DNA from: Candidatus Parcubacteria bacterium
Lineage (GTDB): Bacteria; Patescibacteriota; Minisyncoccia; Minisyncoccales; JAGOPM01
NCBI GenBank assembly: GCA_017991975.1
Contig: JAGOPM010000001.1
Location: forward strand, 463 to 64,462
DNA length: 64,000 bases
Direction: 5' to 3'
Part shown: one piece after another, positions 8,943 through 19,445 of the stretch
How the letters are laid out: every line of letters starts with the position of its first letter
Position numbering within the stretch: position 1 is the stretch's first letter
The notes under the pieces: model-generated
What the model was told of the DNA's origin: nothing
The model's database searches: none
The model's input: the letters and a program-made list of their open reading frames with translations, nothing else
Translations under genes and position numbers: made by a program

Positions 8943-9979
8943 CCCAACATTCTAATTATAACCCCCAATATTGCCGAAATGGCTCCAATTATCCAAAATC
9001 TCATTGTAACAGTATAAGGAGGCCAACCTTTAGCTTCAAAATGATGATGTATCGGGCTCGAGAGAAAAATTTTCTTTCCTCTTATTTTCTTAGATAAAAG
9101 TTGCAGAATAACCGATCCTGATTCTATAACCAGCAAGAAGCCAATTATCGGAAGCACCATTATTGAATTAGAAAGGAAAGCGACAACAACTAATGAAGCG
9201 CACAATGCCATTGTCCCGGTTTCTCCCATATAAAATTTAGCAGGAGGAATATTAAACCATAGAAATGCTAATAAAGAACCAACTATCGCCAAAGCAAAAG
9301 CTGCTAAATTGAATTTTCCAAGAAGAAAAGCTATGAAAGCATAAGCGCCAAACATATATACAAAAGATCCTGCAGCTAATCCATCCAACCCATCAATGAC
9401 TCCGCCGCTATAAGTTGCCATCATAACTAATATAAAAAATGGTATATATAAGATTCCTAATGCTACATTGCCAATAAGTGGAACATAAATAGTATGAATT
9501 CCTAATTTGAAATAAATCCACCATCCTCCGACAGCGCCCATAAGAGCAAAAATTACCAGCCTCCATCTCAAACTCAATCCTCCTGCTATATATTTTCCTT
9601 TTTCTATTATTTGCAAAACATCATCGACTAAACCTAATATCGCTCCGACAATCAATGCAAAAAAAGCAAGATATGTTTCTCCCCTGTCCACGAAATTAAA
9701 ATCAGAATAAAAAGTAAAAATAACAGCGATTAATAATGGAGTGAACCAAAAAAGTATTCCTCCCATTCTTGGGATATTTATCTCATTTTCGCAATGAAGT
9801 TTGTTATAATATTCCAAATCTCTTCCATCAATCGATTTCTCTCTGACTTTTTTTCTCCAACATTTATTCTGACATAATATATCTATCAATTTAGGAGCGA
9901 AAATAAAAGAAAGCAAAAAAGATAGTGATCCTATTGTCAAAACCTTTATTGCTTGAAATGTTATTGGGTCCATCGTCAT
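8939..9979 (-). CDS. mraY: phospho-MurNAc-pentapeptide translocase MraY
   Basis: 10-TM protein with GLVDDVLQ and SSPIHHHFE motifs. Confidence 0.93.
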   Translation of the reverse strand: MTMDPITFQAIKVLTIGSLSFLLSFIFAPKLIDILCQNKCWRKKVREKSIDGRDLEYYNKLHCENEINIPRMGGILFWFTPLLIAVIFTFYSDFNFVDRGETYLAFFALIVGAILGLVDDVLQIIEKGKYIAGGLSLRWRLVIFALMGAVGGWWIYFKLGIHTIYVPLIGNVALGILYIPFFILVMMATYSGGVIDGLDGLAAGSFVYMFGAYAFIAFLLGKFNLAAFALAIVGSLLAFLWFNIPPAKFYMGETGTMALCASLVVVAFLSNSIMVLPIIGFLLVIESGSVILQLLSKKIRGKKIFLSSPIHHHFEAKGWPPYTVTMRFWIIGAISAILGVIIRMLG

Positions 9980-11295
9980 TGTTTTTTATTTTTTCTTTCC
10001 TGAATCAAATTAAGCCTCTGGTCGATTCTTTCCATATCTCTTGGGAAAAGGCTTGTCTGAGCGACATTCTCAATGCCTAAAAGCTGTTTTGTTATTCTTT
10101 CAGTTCCTATTGCGAATCCTCCTTCCGGCGGCATTCCGTATTTAAAGGCTTGGAGATAAAATTCAAAATTTCTTTCTGAATTGCCCCATTTGTTTATATT
10201 CTCTACTAATTGCTGATAATTATTTATTCTCCTTCCTCCTGTGACAATTTCTAATCCTTTGAATAATAAATCAAAACTTTGAGTATATTCTGCATCTTGA
10301 GGGTCTGGATATGTATAAAATGGCCTCTTTTTAGTAGGAAAATGAGTTATGAATATAAAATCAGAATTATATTTTTCTTTCGCCCATTGGCAAATTTTTC
10401 TTTCGCCTTCTGGAGATAAATCAGGCTCTCCTTTATCAATATTTATAATTTCTTGAGCTTCCCTTAATTTTATTCTCGGAATCTTAATAGATAAATCTGG
10501 CTTCTGCGCTCCAAAAATTTTTAGATGATTATCTTTTACATTCTCCAGCATGCCCTTAACTGTTTTCTCGCAAACATCCATGATATCTTCCCATGAATCT
10601 ATGAAACCCATTTCAGCGTCCAAGCTTATATATTCGCTTAAATGTCTTGAAGTGACGCTAGGTTCAGCTCTATAAGCTTTGGCAACTGTAAAAACTCTTT
10701 CATAAACTCCAACTAAAATTTGTTTATAAACTTGGGGGCTTTGAGCCAAATAAGCATCATAATCGTAATAATCTACATGAAAGACTTCTGATCCTCCTTC
10801 AGGAGCAGTTCCTACTATCGCTGGAGATTGAAATTCTGTAAAATCCATTGATTTTAAAGTTTCTCTAAAACCATTTATTAAATCCTCTTGCGTTTTAAAA
10901 ATATTAGATACTTCATCATTTCTCAAAGATATCGGCCTCCAATCAAAAAGAGTTGGTAGGCTTACATTCATATTTTTTATTTCAAAAGGAAGAATTTCTG
11001 ATTTTTCCAAAACCTTAAGTTCTTCTGCCTGTAACTCGACAGATCCTGTAGCCATTTCATTATTTACTAATTTATCCGGTCTTTTTTGAATTGTACCTGT
11101 TATCTCAATAACAGCTTCTTCTCTAATATCTTTATCTATCAATTCTCCAGAACAAAATACTTGCAACATTCCAGTTCTATCGCGTAAGTCTAAAAAACAA
11201 ATTTTTCCATGATCACGCCTCGAATTTATCCAACCTGCAACTTTAACAACTTGGCCAATTTTATTTATTGTTTCTATATTGGTTGTACGCTCCAT
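9976..11295 (-). CDS. aspS: aspartyl-tRNA synthetase, archaeal/eukaryal type
   Basis: 439 aa with an N-terminal OB fold. Class II motifs AYRAEPS and GGFAIGTERI. It lacks the insertion domain of bacterial-type AspRS. Confidence 0.92.
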   Translation of the reverse strand: MERTTNIETINKIGQVVKVAGWINSRRDHGKICFLDLRDRTGMLQVFCSGELIDKDIREEAVIEITGTIQKRPDKLVNNEMATGSVELQAEELKVLEKSEILPFEIKNMNVSLPTLFDWRPISLRNDEVSNIFKTQEDLINGFRETLKSMDFTEFQSPAIVGTAPEGGSEVFHVDYYDYDAYLAQSPQVYKQILVGVYERVFTVAKAYRAEPSVTSRHLSEYISLDAEMGFIDSWEDIMDVCEKTVKGMLENVKDNHLKIFGAQKPDLSIKIPRIKLREAQEIINIDKGEPDLSPEGERKICQWAKEKYNSDFIFITHFPTKKRPFYTYPDPQDAEYTQSFDLLFKGLEIVTGGRRINNYQQLVENINKWGNSERNFEFYLQAFKYGMPPEGGFAIGTERITKQLLGIENVAQTSLFPRDMERIDQRLNLIQERKNKKQ

Positions 11296-11296
11296 A

Positions 11297-12313
11297 TTAA
11301 AATTTATAATTTATTTTCATTGCATCTTTAACCATAGCTAATGTTTCGCGAGCTTCTTTTCCCGCTTTTTCTCTTCCTTCTTCCAAGATACTGCTAATAA
11401 TTCCTTTTTGATTTTCCATTTCTTCTCGTTTTTCTCTGATAGGATCTAAAAATTCATTGATTATTCCAGCCATCTGTTTTTTGCATTCAACGCAACCCCT
11501 TTCTCCTTTCTTACATTCATTAGCGACTGTCTTTGCAATATCAGTATTGTTAAACTGATCAAAAACCTGAAAATATTTATAAATATTGCAAATTTCTGGA
11601 TTCCCTTTATCGTCTTTTTTTATCTTATTGGGATCTGTTATAGCTTTCATTATTTTCTTTTCAACAGTTTGCGCATCGTCTGACAAGAAAATAGCATTAT
11701 TCAAGCTTTTTGACATTTTTCTTCCATCAAGCCCAGGCAGTCTTGCCATTACCCCTTTTGGAATTATTGCTTCTGGCTCTTTAAATGTTTCTTTAAATTT
11801 TGAATTAAAAGTTCTGGCAATTTCTCTTGTTTGTTCAATATGTGGCAATTGATCTTCACCAACTGGAACAACTTCTCCGCGCATTGATAAAATATCTGCT
11901 GCCTGAATTATCGGCCATCCTATAAAACCAAAGCTGACCTCATTTAAACCTCTTTGTTGAATTTCTTCTTTTATAGTTGGATTCCTCTGCACCCTGGGCA
12001 TCTTAACCATCATCGAGAATATCAAATTTAGTTCTGCAATTTCTGGAATCTGGGATTCGATGAATATTGTCGATTTGTCCGGATCAATACCAACAGATAA
12101 ATAATCTAAAACTAAATTTTCGATATTTTTTTGAAAATCATCAGTTTCATAAACATGATCAGTCAGATATTCATGATCAGCAATAATAAAATAACAATCA
12201 TATTCATTTTGAAATTTTATCCTATTGGCAAGAGAACCAAAATAATGACCTAAATGCAATAAGCCCGAAGGCCTATCCCCTGTTAATAATCTTTTTTTCA
12301 TATTTTTGGCCAA
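11297..12313 (-). CDS. trpS: tryptophanyl-tRNA synthetase
   Basis: HLGHY (HIGH) and KMSKS motifs; 338 aa. Confidence 0.93.
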   Translation of the reverse strand: MAKNMKKRLLTGDRPSGLLHLGHYFGSLANRIKFQNEYDCYFIIADHEYLTDHVYETDDFQKNIENLVLDYLSVGIDPDKSTIFIESQIPEIAELNLIFSMMVKMPRVQRNPTIKEEIQQRGLNEVSFGFIGWPIIQAADILSMRGEVVPVGEDQLPHIEQTREIARTFNSKFKETFKEPEAIIPKGVMARLPGLDGRKMSKSLNNAIFLSDDAQTVEKKIMKAITDPNKIKKDDKGNPEICNIYKYFQVFDQFNNTDIAKTVANECKKGERGCVECKKQMAGIINEFLDPIREKREEMENQKGIISSILEEGREKAGKEARETLAMVKDAMKINYKF

Positions 12314-14391
12314 GATGATATTATCAAAGCCTTTTCTTTATTTTTTATAGGAAGCTTTTGAAAAATTGCCTCTGTGACAAAAGGCATAAATGGATGTAAT
12401 AATTTTAATGATGACAATAAAACATGCATTAAAATTTTTGTTGTATTTTCGCTTTTCTGATTTTTTGCTTTTTCTATATAAACATCGCAAAAATCATGCC
12501 AAAAAAATTCATAAACATCTCTAATTGCTTTGGCGAATCTAAAATCTTCTATATCTTGCGTAGTGCTTTCAGTAATCTTCTTTAATTTTTCTAAAATAAT
12601 ATCATCTTCTTGCGTCGCTGGAGAAAACTCTTCGATATCGATCATAGATCCTTCTGAGATATCAATCATCGCGAATCTTGAAGCATTCCAAATTTTATTT
12701 GCAAATTTCTTTCCAGCGATAATCGGATCTTCAGAAAATCTAACATCTTGCAATTCGGTTGCCTGCCAAATCAAACCCATTCTTGTTGCATCAGCGCCAT
12801 ATTTAGTTATTAAATCTATTGGATCAATTCCCGTACCTAAAGATTTAGACATCCTTCTACCATCTTTTGCTAAAATAGTTGGATGAATTATAACATTATG
12901 AAATGGTATTTCTCCTAATAATTCAGAAGATGAAAAAATCATTCTGGCTACCCATAAATTTATAATATCCCTAGCCGTAGATAATACATTCGTTGGATAA
13001 AATTTTTTCAAATCAGGACTTTGTTTATCAGGCCATCCCAACACTGCAAAAGGCCATAAAGCAGAAGAAAACCAAGTGTCAAAAACATCAGGTATCTGTT
13101 CAAAACCTTGCGGAGGATTCTTCCCGACATAAATTTCTCCTGTTTTATCTTTATACACTGGCATTCTGTGTCCCCACCATAATTGGCGTGATATGCACCA
13201 ATCTCTGACATTATCAAGCCAAGAAAAATATGTCTTTTCCCATGATTCTGGATTAAATTTCACTTTATCAGATAAAACTGCATCTCTCGCCTGCTTGGCC
13301 AATTCATCCATCTTTAAGAACCATTGTTCTGATGGAATGTTCTCAACCATCTTGTTACATCTAGAGCAATAAGGAACCTGATGAGAATAAGCTTCTGTTT
13401 TCACTAAAAGATTTTCTTTTTCTAATTCTTGCAACACTTTTTCTCTAGCATCTGATACTTTCAATCCATGATAGCCATCTGGAGAATTTTGATTCATTTT
13501 TCCATACTGGTCGATAACTTCAACTATTTCCAAATTATTTCTTACTCCTACTTGATAATCATTTAAATCATGAGCAGGAGTTATCTTAACTACTCCTGTT
13601 CCAAATTCCATATCTGCAAAATCATCAGCAATAATAGGTATTTCTTTTTTAACAATTGGCAATATTGCTTTTTTCCCTATTAAATCAGAATATCTCTTAT
13701 CTTTTGGATTAACAGCTAATGCTGTGTCTCCAAACATCGTCTCAGGCCTTGTAGTAGCGACTGTCAAAAATTTATCGCTGTCTTTTATAAAATATTTTAT
13801 ATGCCAAAGATTCCCTTTTTCTTCTTGCCACTGTATCTCCAGATCAGAAATACTGGTTTGACATTTTATACACCAATTAACAGTCCTTCTTCCTTGATAA
13901 ATCCATCCTTTATTATAATAATGCAAAAAAGATTCATAAACTGCGTCAGTGTATCCTTGATCCATTGTAAATCTCGATCTATCCCAATCGCAGCTAACAC
14001 CTATTTGTTTTAACTGTTCAAAAATCAAATCACCGTATTTATTTTTCCAATCCCATACTCTTTTCTCAAATTCTTCTCTGCCTATTTTAAAACGAGTGAG
14101 CCCTTCTTTCGCCAACTCTTTTTCAACCATGCTATGAGTTGATATTCCACCATGGTCTACTCCAGGGACCCAAAGAGTAGAATATCCTTGCATCCTCTTA
14201 TATCTGATTAAAAGATCTTGGATAGTAGAATTCAAAGCATGCCCCATATGAAGCCTTCCTGTAACATTAGGAGGCGGGATTGTTATGCAATAAGCTGGAC
14301 CAGATATATTGGGCTTAAAATAGCTATTTTTTTGCCAAAATTTATACAAATCAGCCTCAATTTGGTCGAATTGGTAGTTCTTATCAAGCAT
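12298..14391 (-). CDS. valS: valyl-tRNA synthetase (short form, no C-terminal coiled coil)
   Basis: PPPNVTGRLHMGHAL and KMSKS motifs. I use ATG 14391; the track's TTG start at 14415 adds 8 aa. Confidence 0.93.
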   Translation of the reverse strand: MLDKNYQFDQIEADLYKFWQKNSYFKPNISGPAYCITIPPPNVTGRLHMGHALNSTIQDLLIRYKRMQGYSTLWVPGVDHGGISTHSMVEKELAKEGLTRFKIGREEFEKRVWDWKNKYGDLIFEQLKQIGVSCDWDRSRFTMDQGYTDAVYESFLHYYNKGWIYQGRRTVNWCIKCQTSISDLEIQWQEEKGNLWHIKYFIKDSDKFLTVATTRPETMFGDTALAVNPKDKRYSDLIGKKAILPIVKKEIPIIADDFADMEFGTGVVKITPAHDLNDYQVGVRNNLEIVEVIDQYGKMNQNSPDGYHGLKVSDAREKVLQELEKENLLVKTEAYSHQVPYCSRCNKMVENIPSEQWFLKMDELAKQARDAVLSDKVKFNPESWEKTYFSWLDNVRDWCISRQLWWGHRMPVYKDKTGEIYVGKNPPQGFEQIPDVFDTWFSSALWPFAVLGWPDKQSPDLKKFYPTNVLSTARDIINLWVARMIFSSSELLGEIPFHNVIIHPTILAKDGRRMSKSLGTGIDPIDLITKYGADATRMGLIWQATELQDVRFSEDPIIAGKKFANKIWNASRFAMIDISEGSMIDIEEFSPATQEDDIILEKLKKITESTTQDIEDFRFAKAIRDVYEFFWHDFCDVYIEKAKNQKSENTTKILMHVLLSSLKLLHPFMPFVTEAIFQKLPIKNKEKALIISSWPKI

Positions 14392-14429
14392 ATTTAATTG
14401 TTTATAGTTTAACAATATTTTGCAAAAAA

Positions 14430-14466
14430 ATCAAAAAAAGAGACTGTGTTAAAACAGCCTCTTTTT
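14430..14466 (-). terminator. rho-independent terminator after the ferredoxin gene
   Basis: Minus strand reads AAGAGGCTG-loop-CAGTCTCTT followed by a T-run. Confidence 0.65.
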
Positions 14467-14484
14467 TATAATAATCAAAGTATA

Positions 14485-14700
14485 TTATTCTGCTTTAATA
14501 GTTCCGACAGGGCACCCTGAAACAGCCTCTTTAACGGGATCATTATCATCAATTGTCTGGTATTCCCTTCCATCTGATTCTACTCCTTCCGGATTTATCA
14601 AATGAGCTTTCCCATCTTCTTTTATTTCAAAATATTCCGGATAATTTCCTGCGCACGCTCCGCAACTTACGCATTCGTTTGGATTTATGCTTAATTTCAT
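14485..14700 (-). CDS. small single-cluster ferredoxin
   Basis: CVSCGAC...CPVG (CxxCxxC...CP) in 71 aa. Confidence 0.85.
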   Translation of the reverse strand: MKLSINPNECVSCGACAGNYPEYFEIKEDGKAHLINPEGVESDGREYQTIDDNDPVKEAVSGCPVGTIKAE

Positions 14701-14763
14701 AATTTTTTTATTTTTTTAATTTATCAAACAACACTTAATTATTGCTTATAAATAACTAATTTG

Positions 14764-15738
14764 TCAAATCAAAACATTAAAATCCTCTATTTTAACATCA
14801 ATTTTCTCCCAATCGTCATTATTAGAAAGTAAATTGAATTTAGCGCCCCAATTACTTATATTGTATGACGATTCAGCGCTTCCAAGCTGAATCCCATAGA
14901 CAATATCTTTCTTAATATATCCTGCCAAGAATCCAGAATTAAAAGAATCACCTGCTCCTGTCATATCAACAATATTTGTTTTTATTACCCCTGCAGTATA
15001 AAGCTTATTATTTTGTTTTTCATAAACATAACAACCTTTTTCTCCCTTTGTGACGATCAAGATATTCTTTATGAAAGGAGCTATTTTCTTAATTATCCCT
15101 TGGATATCGTCTTTGTTTTCTCCTGATAACTGCGCCCCCTCCTCTTCATTGATACTTATAATATCTATCAATCCAAGAATATCGATTTTTCCATTTTTTA
15201 TATACTCAATCTGGGAAGATCCAGGGTTAACCATTGTTTTTATTCCATTCTTTTGGGCATGCTTCAAAACAGGCTCAAAAATTTCTAAAGATTTTCCGCC
15301 AAATGGCGCTATATAAATCCATTTAGATTTAAGTTTTGAGAAATTTATGTCCTGTAAACTAAAATCATTTGATGCTCCTCGATAAGTGAGTATAGTTCTT
15401 TCTGAACCCGGATACATCAAAATTACTGACTGATTACTGCCTTTATCTTTAGAAATTTTAACAAAATTCTTATTAACTCCGAATTTTTTAATATCATCAA
15501 TTATATCTTTTCCTTCTTGATCATTGCCTATCATTCCCCACCAAGATGTTTTAAATCCTATTTTACTTAAAGCGCAAGCAACATTAGTCCCACCGCCTCC
15601 AGTGAAGCTTTTTATTTCCTGAGTATCGATTTTGCTTCCATAGGAAAATGTTATCTCTTCCCCATTTTTCTTATTTTTCGGATCAAGTATCATATATCGA
15701 TCTCTCGTACCCGATCCGAATATTATTATATCAAACAT
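14764..15738 (-). CDS. PfkB/ribokinase-family sugar kinase
   Basis: GGGGTNVA N-terminal motif and VDMTGAGDSFNSGF (DTxGAGD-type) C-terminal motif. Confidence 0.85.
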   Translation of the reverse strand: MFDIIIFGSGTRDRYMILDPKNKKNGEEITFSYGSKIDTQEIKSFTGGGGTNVACALSKIGFKTSWWGMIGNDQEGKDIIDDIKKFGVNKNFVKISKDKGSNQSVILMYPGSERTILTYRGASNDFSLQDINFSKLKSKWIYIAPFGGKSLEIFEPVLKHAQKNGIKTMVNPGSSQIEYIKNGKIDILGLIDIISINEEEGAQLSGENKDDIQGIIKKIAPFIKNILIVTKGEKGCYVYEKQNNKLYTAGVIKTNIVDMTGAGDSFNSGFLAGYIKKDIVYGIQLGSAESSYNISNWGAKFNLLSNNDDWEKIDVKIEDFNVLI

Positions 15739-15744
15739 ATTTTT

Positions 15745-18111
15745 TTATTTATTTTGGCTGAATTTAAGCAAAGTTTTTATAACAGCATCCGGAGTAAGCG
15801 ACATGGAACTAATTTTACTTTCTATGAGAAAATCAACATACCCAGGAATAGTAGATGGAGCATCTCCGCAAATTCCTGAATATTTTCCTAATTTATTACA
15901 CTGATTAACTGCTTCCTTTATCAATTTAAATACAGAAGGATTATATTCATTTGAAATATGGGCAATGTGGGCATTATCCCTATCCAGACCAAGGGCGCAT
16001 TGAGTTAAGTCATTGGAACCTATTGAAAAACCATCGCATATTGCCAAAAATTCCTCTGCTTGGAGAACATTTGATGGTATTTCGCACATTATATAGATTT
16101 TTAAGTCAGAACCTCGTTTTAATCCATTTTCTTCCATCAAATCAATAACTTTCTTAGCTTCCTCGGGGGTGCGACAGAAAGGTATTAATATAGAAATATT
16201 CTTCAAACCATAAATATCTCTTGCCAGTTTTAGTGCTTGACATTCCATTACAAAAGCCGGTTTATATTTTTCATCATAATAACGTGAGGCTCCTCTCCAA
16301 CCAATCATTGGATTTTCTTCCTTAGGCTCAAAATCTTTTCCTCCAAGCAATGTTTCATATTCATTAGTCTTAAAATCAGAAAGTCTTACAATTGTTTCTT
16401 TGGGATAAAAAGCTGCCGCAATCTGCGAAATGCCCTCAGCCAATTCATTGACATAATATTCTTTCTTATCACTGTATCCAGCAGTAAGTTCATCAATCTG
16501 CTTTTTCAATAAAGGATCTTTTATCGAATCATAATTATATAAAGCTAAGGGATGGGCTTTTATTTTTTCAGCAATAATAAATTCTTGTCTTGCCAAACCA
16601 ACGCCATTAACCGGCAAACTCCAATATTTATAAGCGCTCTCTGGATCTCCTATATTTAACATTATTTTTATCGGCAATTCTGGAATATGACTAAGATTAT
16701 ATTCTTTTATTTCGAAATTTATCATTCCTTTATAAACTTTTCCAATTTTTGCTCCAGAGCAATCAATTGTTACCTGTTTTTCATTTTTTAAAACAACTGA
16801 CCCGTTTTTAGTTCCGACTATGCAAGGAACTCCCAGCTCCCTAGAAACTATAGCAGCATGCGAAGTCGTTCCTCCTTCATCAGTTATAATCGCTGAAGCA
16901 ATCCTCATAACAGGAACCCAATCAGGATCTGTCATTCTTGTAACTAATACTTCTCCTTGTTTGAATTTCGAGATATCTTTTACATCGTTTATAATATGGA
17001 CGCTACCTTGACCTATCTTGCTCCCGACAGCGATTCCAGTAGTTAAAATTTCTCCTTGTTCTTTTATTTTATATTCTTTATATATTCTATTATCATCTTG
17101 AGCGTGCACAGTTTCCGGTCTTGATTGCACAATAAATAATTCATTAGTAATACCATCTAAAGCCCATTCCAAATCTTGCGGGCATTGATAATGTTCTTCG
17201 ATAAGAACTGCCCATTTTGCCAATTGGATTATTTGATCATCGTTTATGCAATATCTCTGCCAATCTTGTGTATTTACTTTCTCCTCTTTCAATCCCTGAT
17301 TTGAATTATAAACATATTTTCTGTCCTTTCTGCCGATATTTTTCAAAATAATAGCTTTTTTTCCTTCTTTTAATCCAGGTTTGAAAACATGAAAAGTATC
17401 TGGAGTAATAAGACCTTTTACAATCATCTCTCCAATCCCATATATTCCGCTGATTAAAACAATATTCCTAAAACCTGTTTCTGTATCAAGCGTAAACATG
17501 ACTCCAGAGCAACCTTTATCAGAACGTACCATTTTTTGGACTAAAACTGAAAGAGCTACAGATAATTGATCAAATCCTTTTTCTTCTCTGTATGCTATAG
17601 CCCTATCATTGAAAAGTGACGCTAAACAATTTTTTACTGCTTTCAAAAGCTCATTTTTTCCTCTTACATTCAAAAAAGTTTCATGTTGCCCAGCAAAACT
17701 GGCATCAGGCAGATCTTCAGCAGTAGCAGACGATCTTACTGCAACATCAGCTTCCTTCTGCTTATATTCTTCAGACAATATTTTATAATTTTCTAAAATT
17801 TCATTCTCTAAATCTTTGGGAAATTTTCCAGATAATATTTTATTTCTTATTTTTTTGCCTTCAGACTGCAATTTTTTTATATCCTTAGCATTAAAATCAG
17901 AAAAAACTTTCTTAACATAATCAGTTATCTTGTTATAATCCAAATAATATCTATATGCATCAGCAGTAAGCGCAAAAGCATTAGGTATTTTGACACCTTT
18001 CTCAGTTAATTGGGAATACATTTCCCCCATTGAAGCATTTTTGCCTCCGACCAAAGGAACGTCTTTTTTCCTTAAGTCCTTAATCCAAAAAATATACTTT
18101 TTTTCTTGCAT
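15745..18111 (-). CDS. ppsA: phosphoenolpyruvate synthase (pyruvate, water dikinase)
   Basis: VPLVGGKNASMGEM N-terminus, phosphohistidine region GGTTSHAAIVSRELGVP, and a C-terminal PEP-utilising domain. Confidence 0.92.
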   Translation of the reverse strand: MQEKKYIFWIKDLRKKDVPLVGGKNASMGEMYSQLTEKGVKIPNAFALTADAYRYYLDYNKITDYVKKVFSDFNAKDIKKLQSEGKKIRNKILSGKFPKDLENEILENYKILSEEYKQKEADVAVRSSATAEDLPDASFAGQHETFLNVRGKNELLKAVKNCLASLFNDRAIAYREEKGFDQLSVALSVLVQKMVRSDKGCSGVMFTLDTETGFRNIVLISGIYGIGEMIVKGLITPDTFHVFKPGLKEGKKAIILKNIGRKDRKYVYNSNQGLKEEKVNTQDWQRYCINDDQIIQLAKWAVLIEEHYQCPQDLEWALDGITNELFIVQSRPETVHAQDDNRIYKEYKIKEQGEILTTGIAVGSKIGQGSVHIINDVKDISKFKQGEVLVTRMTDPDWVPVMRIASAIITDEGGTTSHAAIVSRELGVPCIVGTKNGSVVLKNEKQVTIDCSGAKIGKVYKGMINFEIKEYNLSHIPELPIKIMLNIGDPESAYKYWSLPVNGVGLARQEFIIAEKIKAHPLALYNYDSIKDPLLKKQIDELTAGYSDKKEYYVNELAEGISQIAAAFYPKETIVRLSDFKTNEYETLLGGKDFEPKEENPMIGWRGASRYYDEKYKPAFVMECQALKLARDIYGLKNISILIPFCRTPEEAKKVIDLMEENGLKRGSDLKIYIMCEIPSNVLQAEEFLAICDGFSIGSNDLTQCALGLDRDNAHIAHISNEYNPSVFKLIKEAVNQCNKLGKYSGICGDAPSTIPGYVDFLIESKISSMSLTPDAVIKTLLKFSQNK

Positions 18112-19445
18112 ATTCTTATTAAAGAATTCATAGCTATCACAGCCCTTCTCGGATCTGTGTAGTTAGGAATGTTATTTTCTTCGAGCAAATCGATTGAATT
18201 TTGTATCAAATGGCCTCCAACAAAACTGCAAATTATAGCCTTGTTAGGAAACTTTTCTTTTGCATCAATAATGACTTTGGCATTCTCGAGAGGGTTAGTC
18301 ATCATTTGCAAAGTTTGTATCACAATCACTCCATAAACATCATGTTGCTTCAAAATTTCATTAAGCGCAGTCTGGTATCTTGATGGATCTGCGTCTCCCA
18401 AAACATCTATAGGATTTCTTTTAGACCAGGCAGGATGCATTTTTTTATCAATCTTTTTTATGGTCATTTCCTTGAGAGCTGGGAGTTTTATCCCGCTTTC
18501 AAAACAATAATCCACAGTCAGAATACCAACTCCTCCTCCATTAGTAACGATAGCGACTCCGTTCTTAATAGCTGGCTGCCAAGAAATCGCCTTAGCTATA
18601 TCAAACATTTCTATAATCGAATCAGTTTCGATAACTTCTGCCTGTTTGAAAGCAGTTTTATAAACTTCATAATCTCCAGCTAATGATCCAGTATGGGTGC
18701 TCACCGCTTCTTTAGAAAGCGATGTTTTTCCAGCTTTAATTACAATGATAGGTTTTCTTGATTTTTTGGCGGCATTTAAAAATTTTTTTCCATCTCTTAT
18801 CGATTCAATATATAAAGTTATCACTTTTGTATCTTTGTCTTTTATCAGATATTCCAAAAAATCTATCAAATCAAGATCAGCCATATTCCCCAATGATATT
18901 ATCTTTGAAAAACCGAAATTTTCTGTTAGAGCCAAATCAATCACTGAATCAATAAGCGCCCCTGATTGAGAAACAAATGCAATCTGGCCTTTCTTTGGCA
19001 TTGCTGGCGCAAAAGATGCGTTTAAATCTTGCAAAGGATTTAGAATCCCAAGACAATTCGGTCCAATCAATGGAATATGATTTTCTTTCAATTTCTTGGC
19101 TATTTGATCTTGCAATATTTTTCCATCTTTTCCTGATTCTGCAAAGCCAGCAGACACTATGATTACTCCACCAACACGCTTCTCGATACATTGATCAACA
19201 ATCTTTTCAACTATCTGCGCTTTTACTGCAATAATCGCCAAATCAACTTTTTCCTCTATTTGATTAATCGTTTTATAACATTCATATCCATAAACAATCT
19301 GATAATTAGGATTAACGCAAAAAATTTTTCGCTTATGACCTTTTACCGAAAGATTTTTAATCAATCCGAAACCAACGGAATTTTCAACTGGAGAAGCTCC
19401 TATTACAGCTATTGTCTTTGGCTTGAAAATCTTGTCTAAATTCAT
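18072..19445 (-). CDS. ADP-forming acetyl-CoA synthetase, alpha subunit
   Basis: CoA-binding N-terminus (KTIAVIGAS) plus succinyl-CoA-synthetase-like domains. The 3' end overlaps the ppsA start by 40 nt. Confidence 0.85.
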   Translation of the reverse strand: MNLDKIFKPKTIAVIGASPVENSVGFGLIKNLSVKGHKRKIFCVNPNYQIVYGYECYKTINQIEEKVDLAIIAVKAQIVEKIVDQCIEKRVGGVIIVSAGFAESGKDGKILQDQIAKKLKENHIPLIGPNCLGILNPLQDLNASFAPAMPKKGQIAFVSQSGALIDSVIDLALTENFGFSKIISLGNMADLDLIDFLEYLIKDKDTKVITLYIESIRDGKKFLNAAKKSRKPIIVIKAGKTSLSKEAVSTHTGSLAGDYEVYKTAFKQAEVIETDSIIEMFDIAKAISWQPAIKNGVAIVTNGGGVGILTVDYCFESGIKLPALKEMTIKKIDKKMHPAWSKRNPIDVLGDADPSRYQTALNEILKQHDVYGVIVIQTLQMMTNPLENAKVIIDAKEKFPNKAIICSFVGGHLIQNSIDLLEENNIPNYTDPRRAVIAMNSLIRICKKKSIFFGLRT

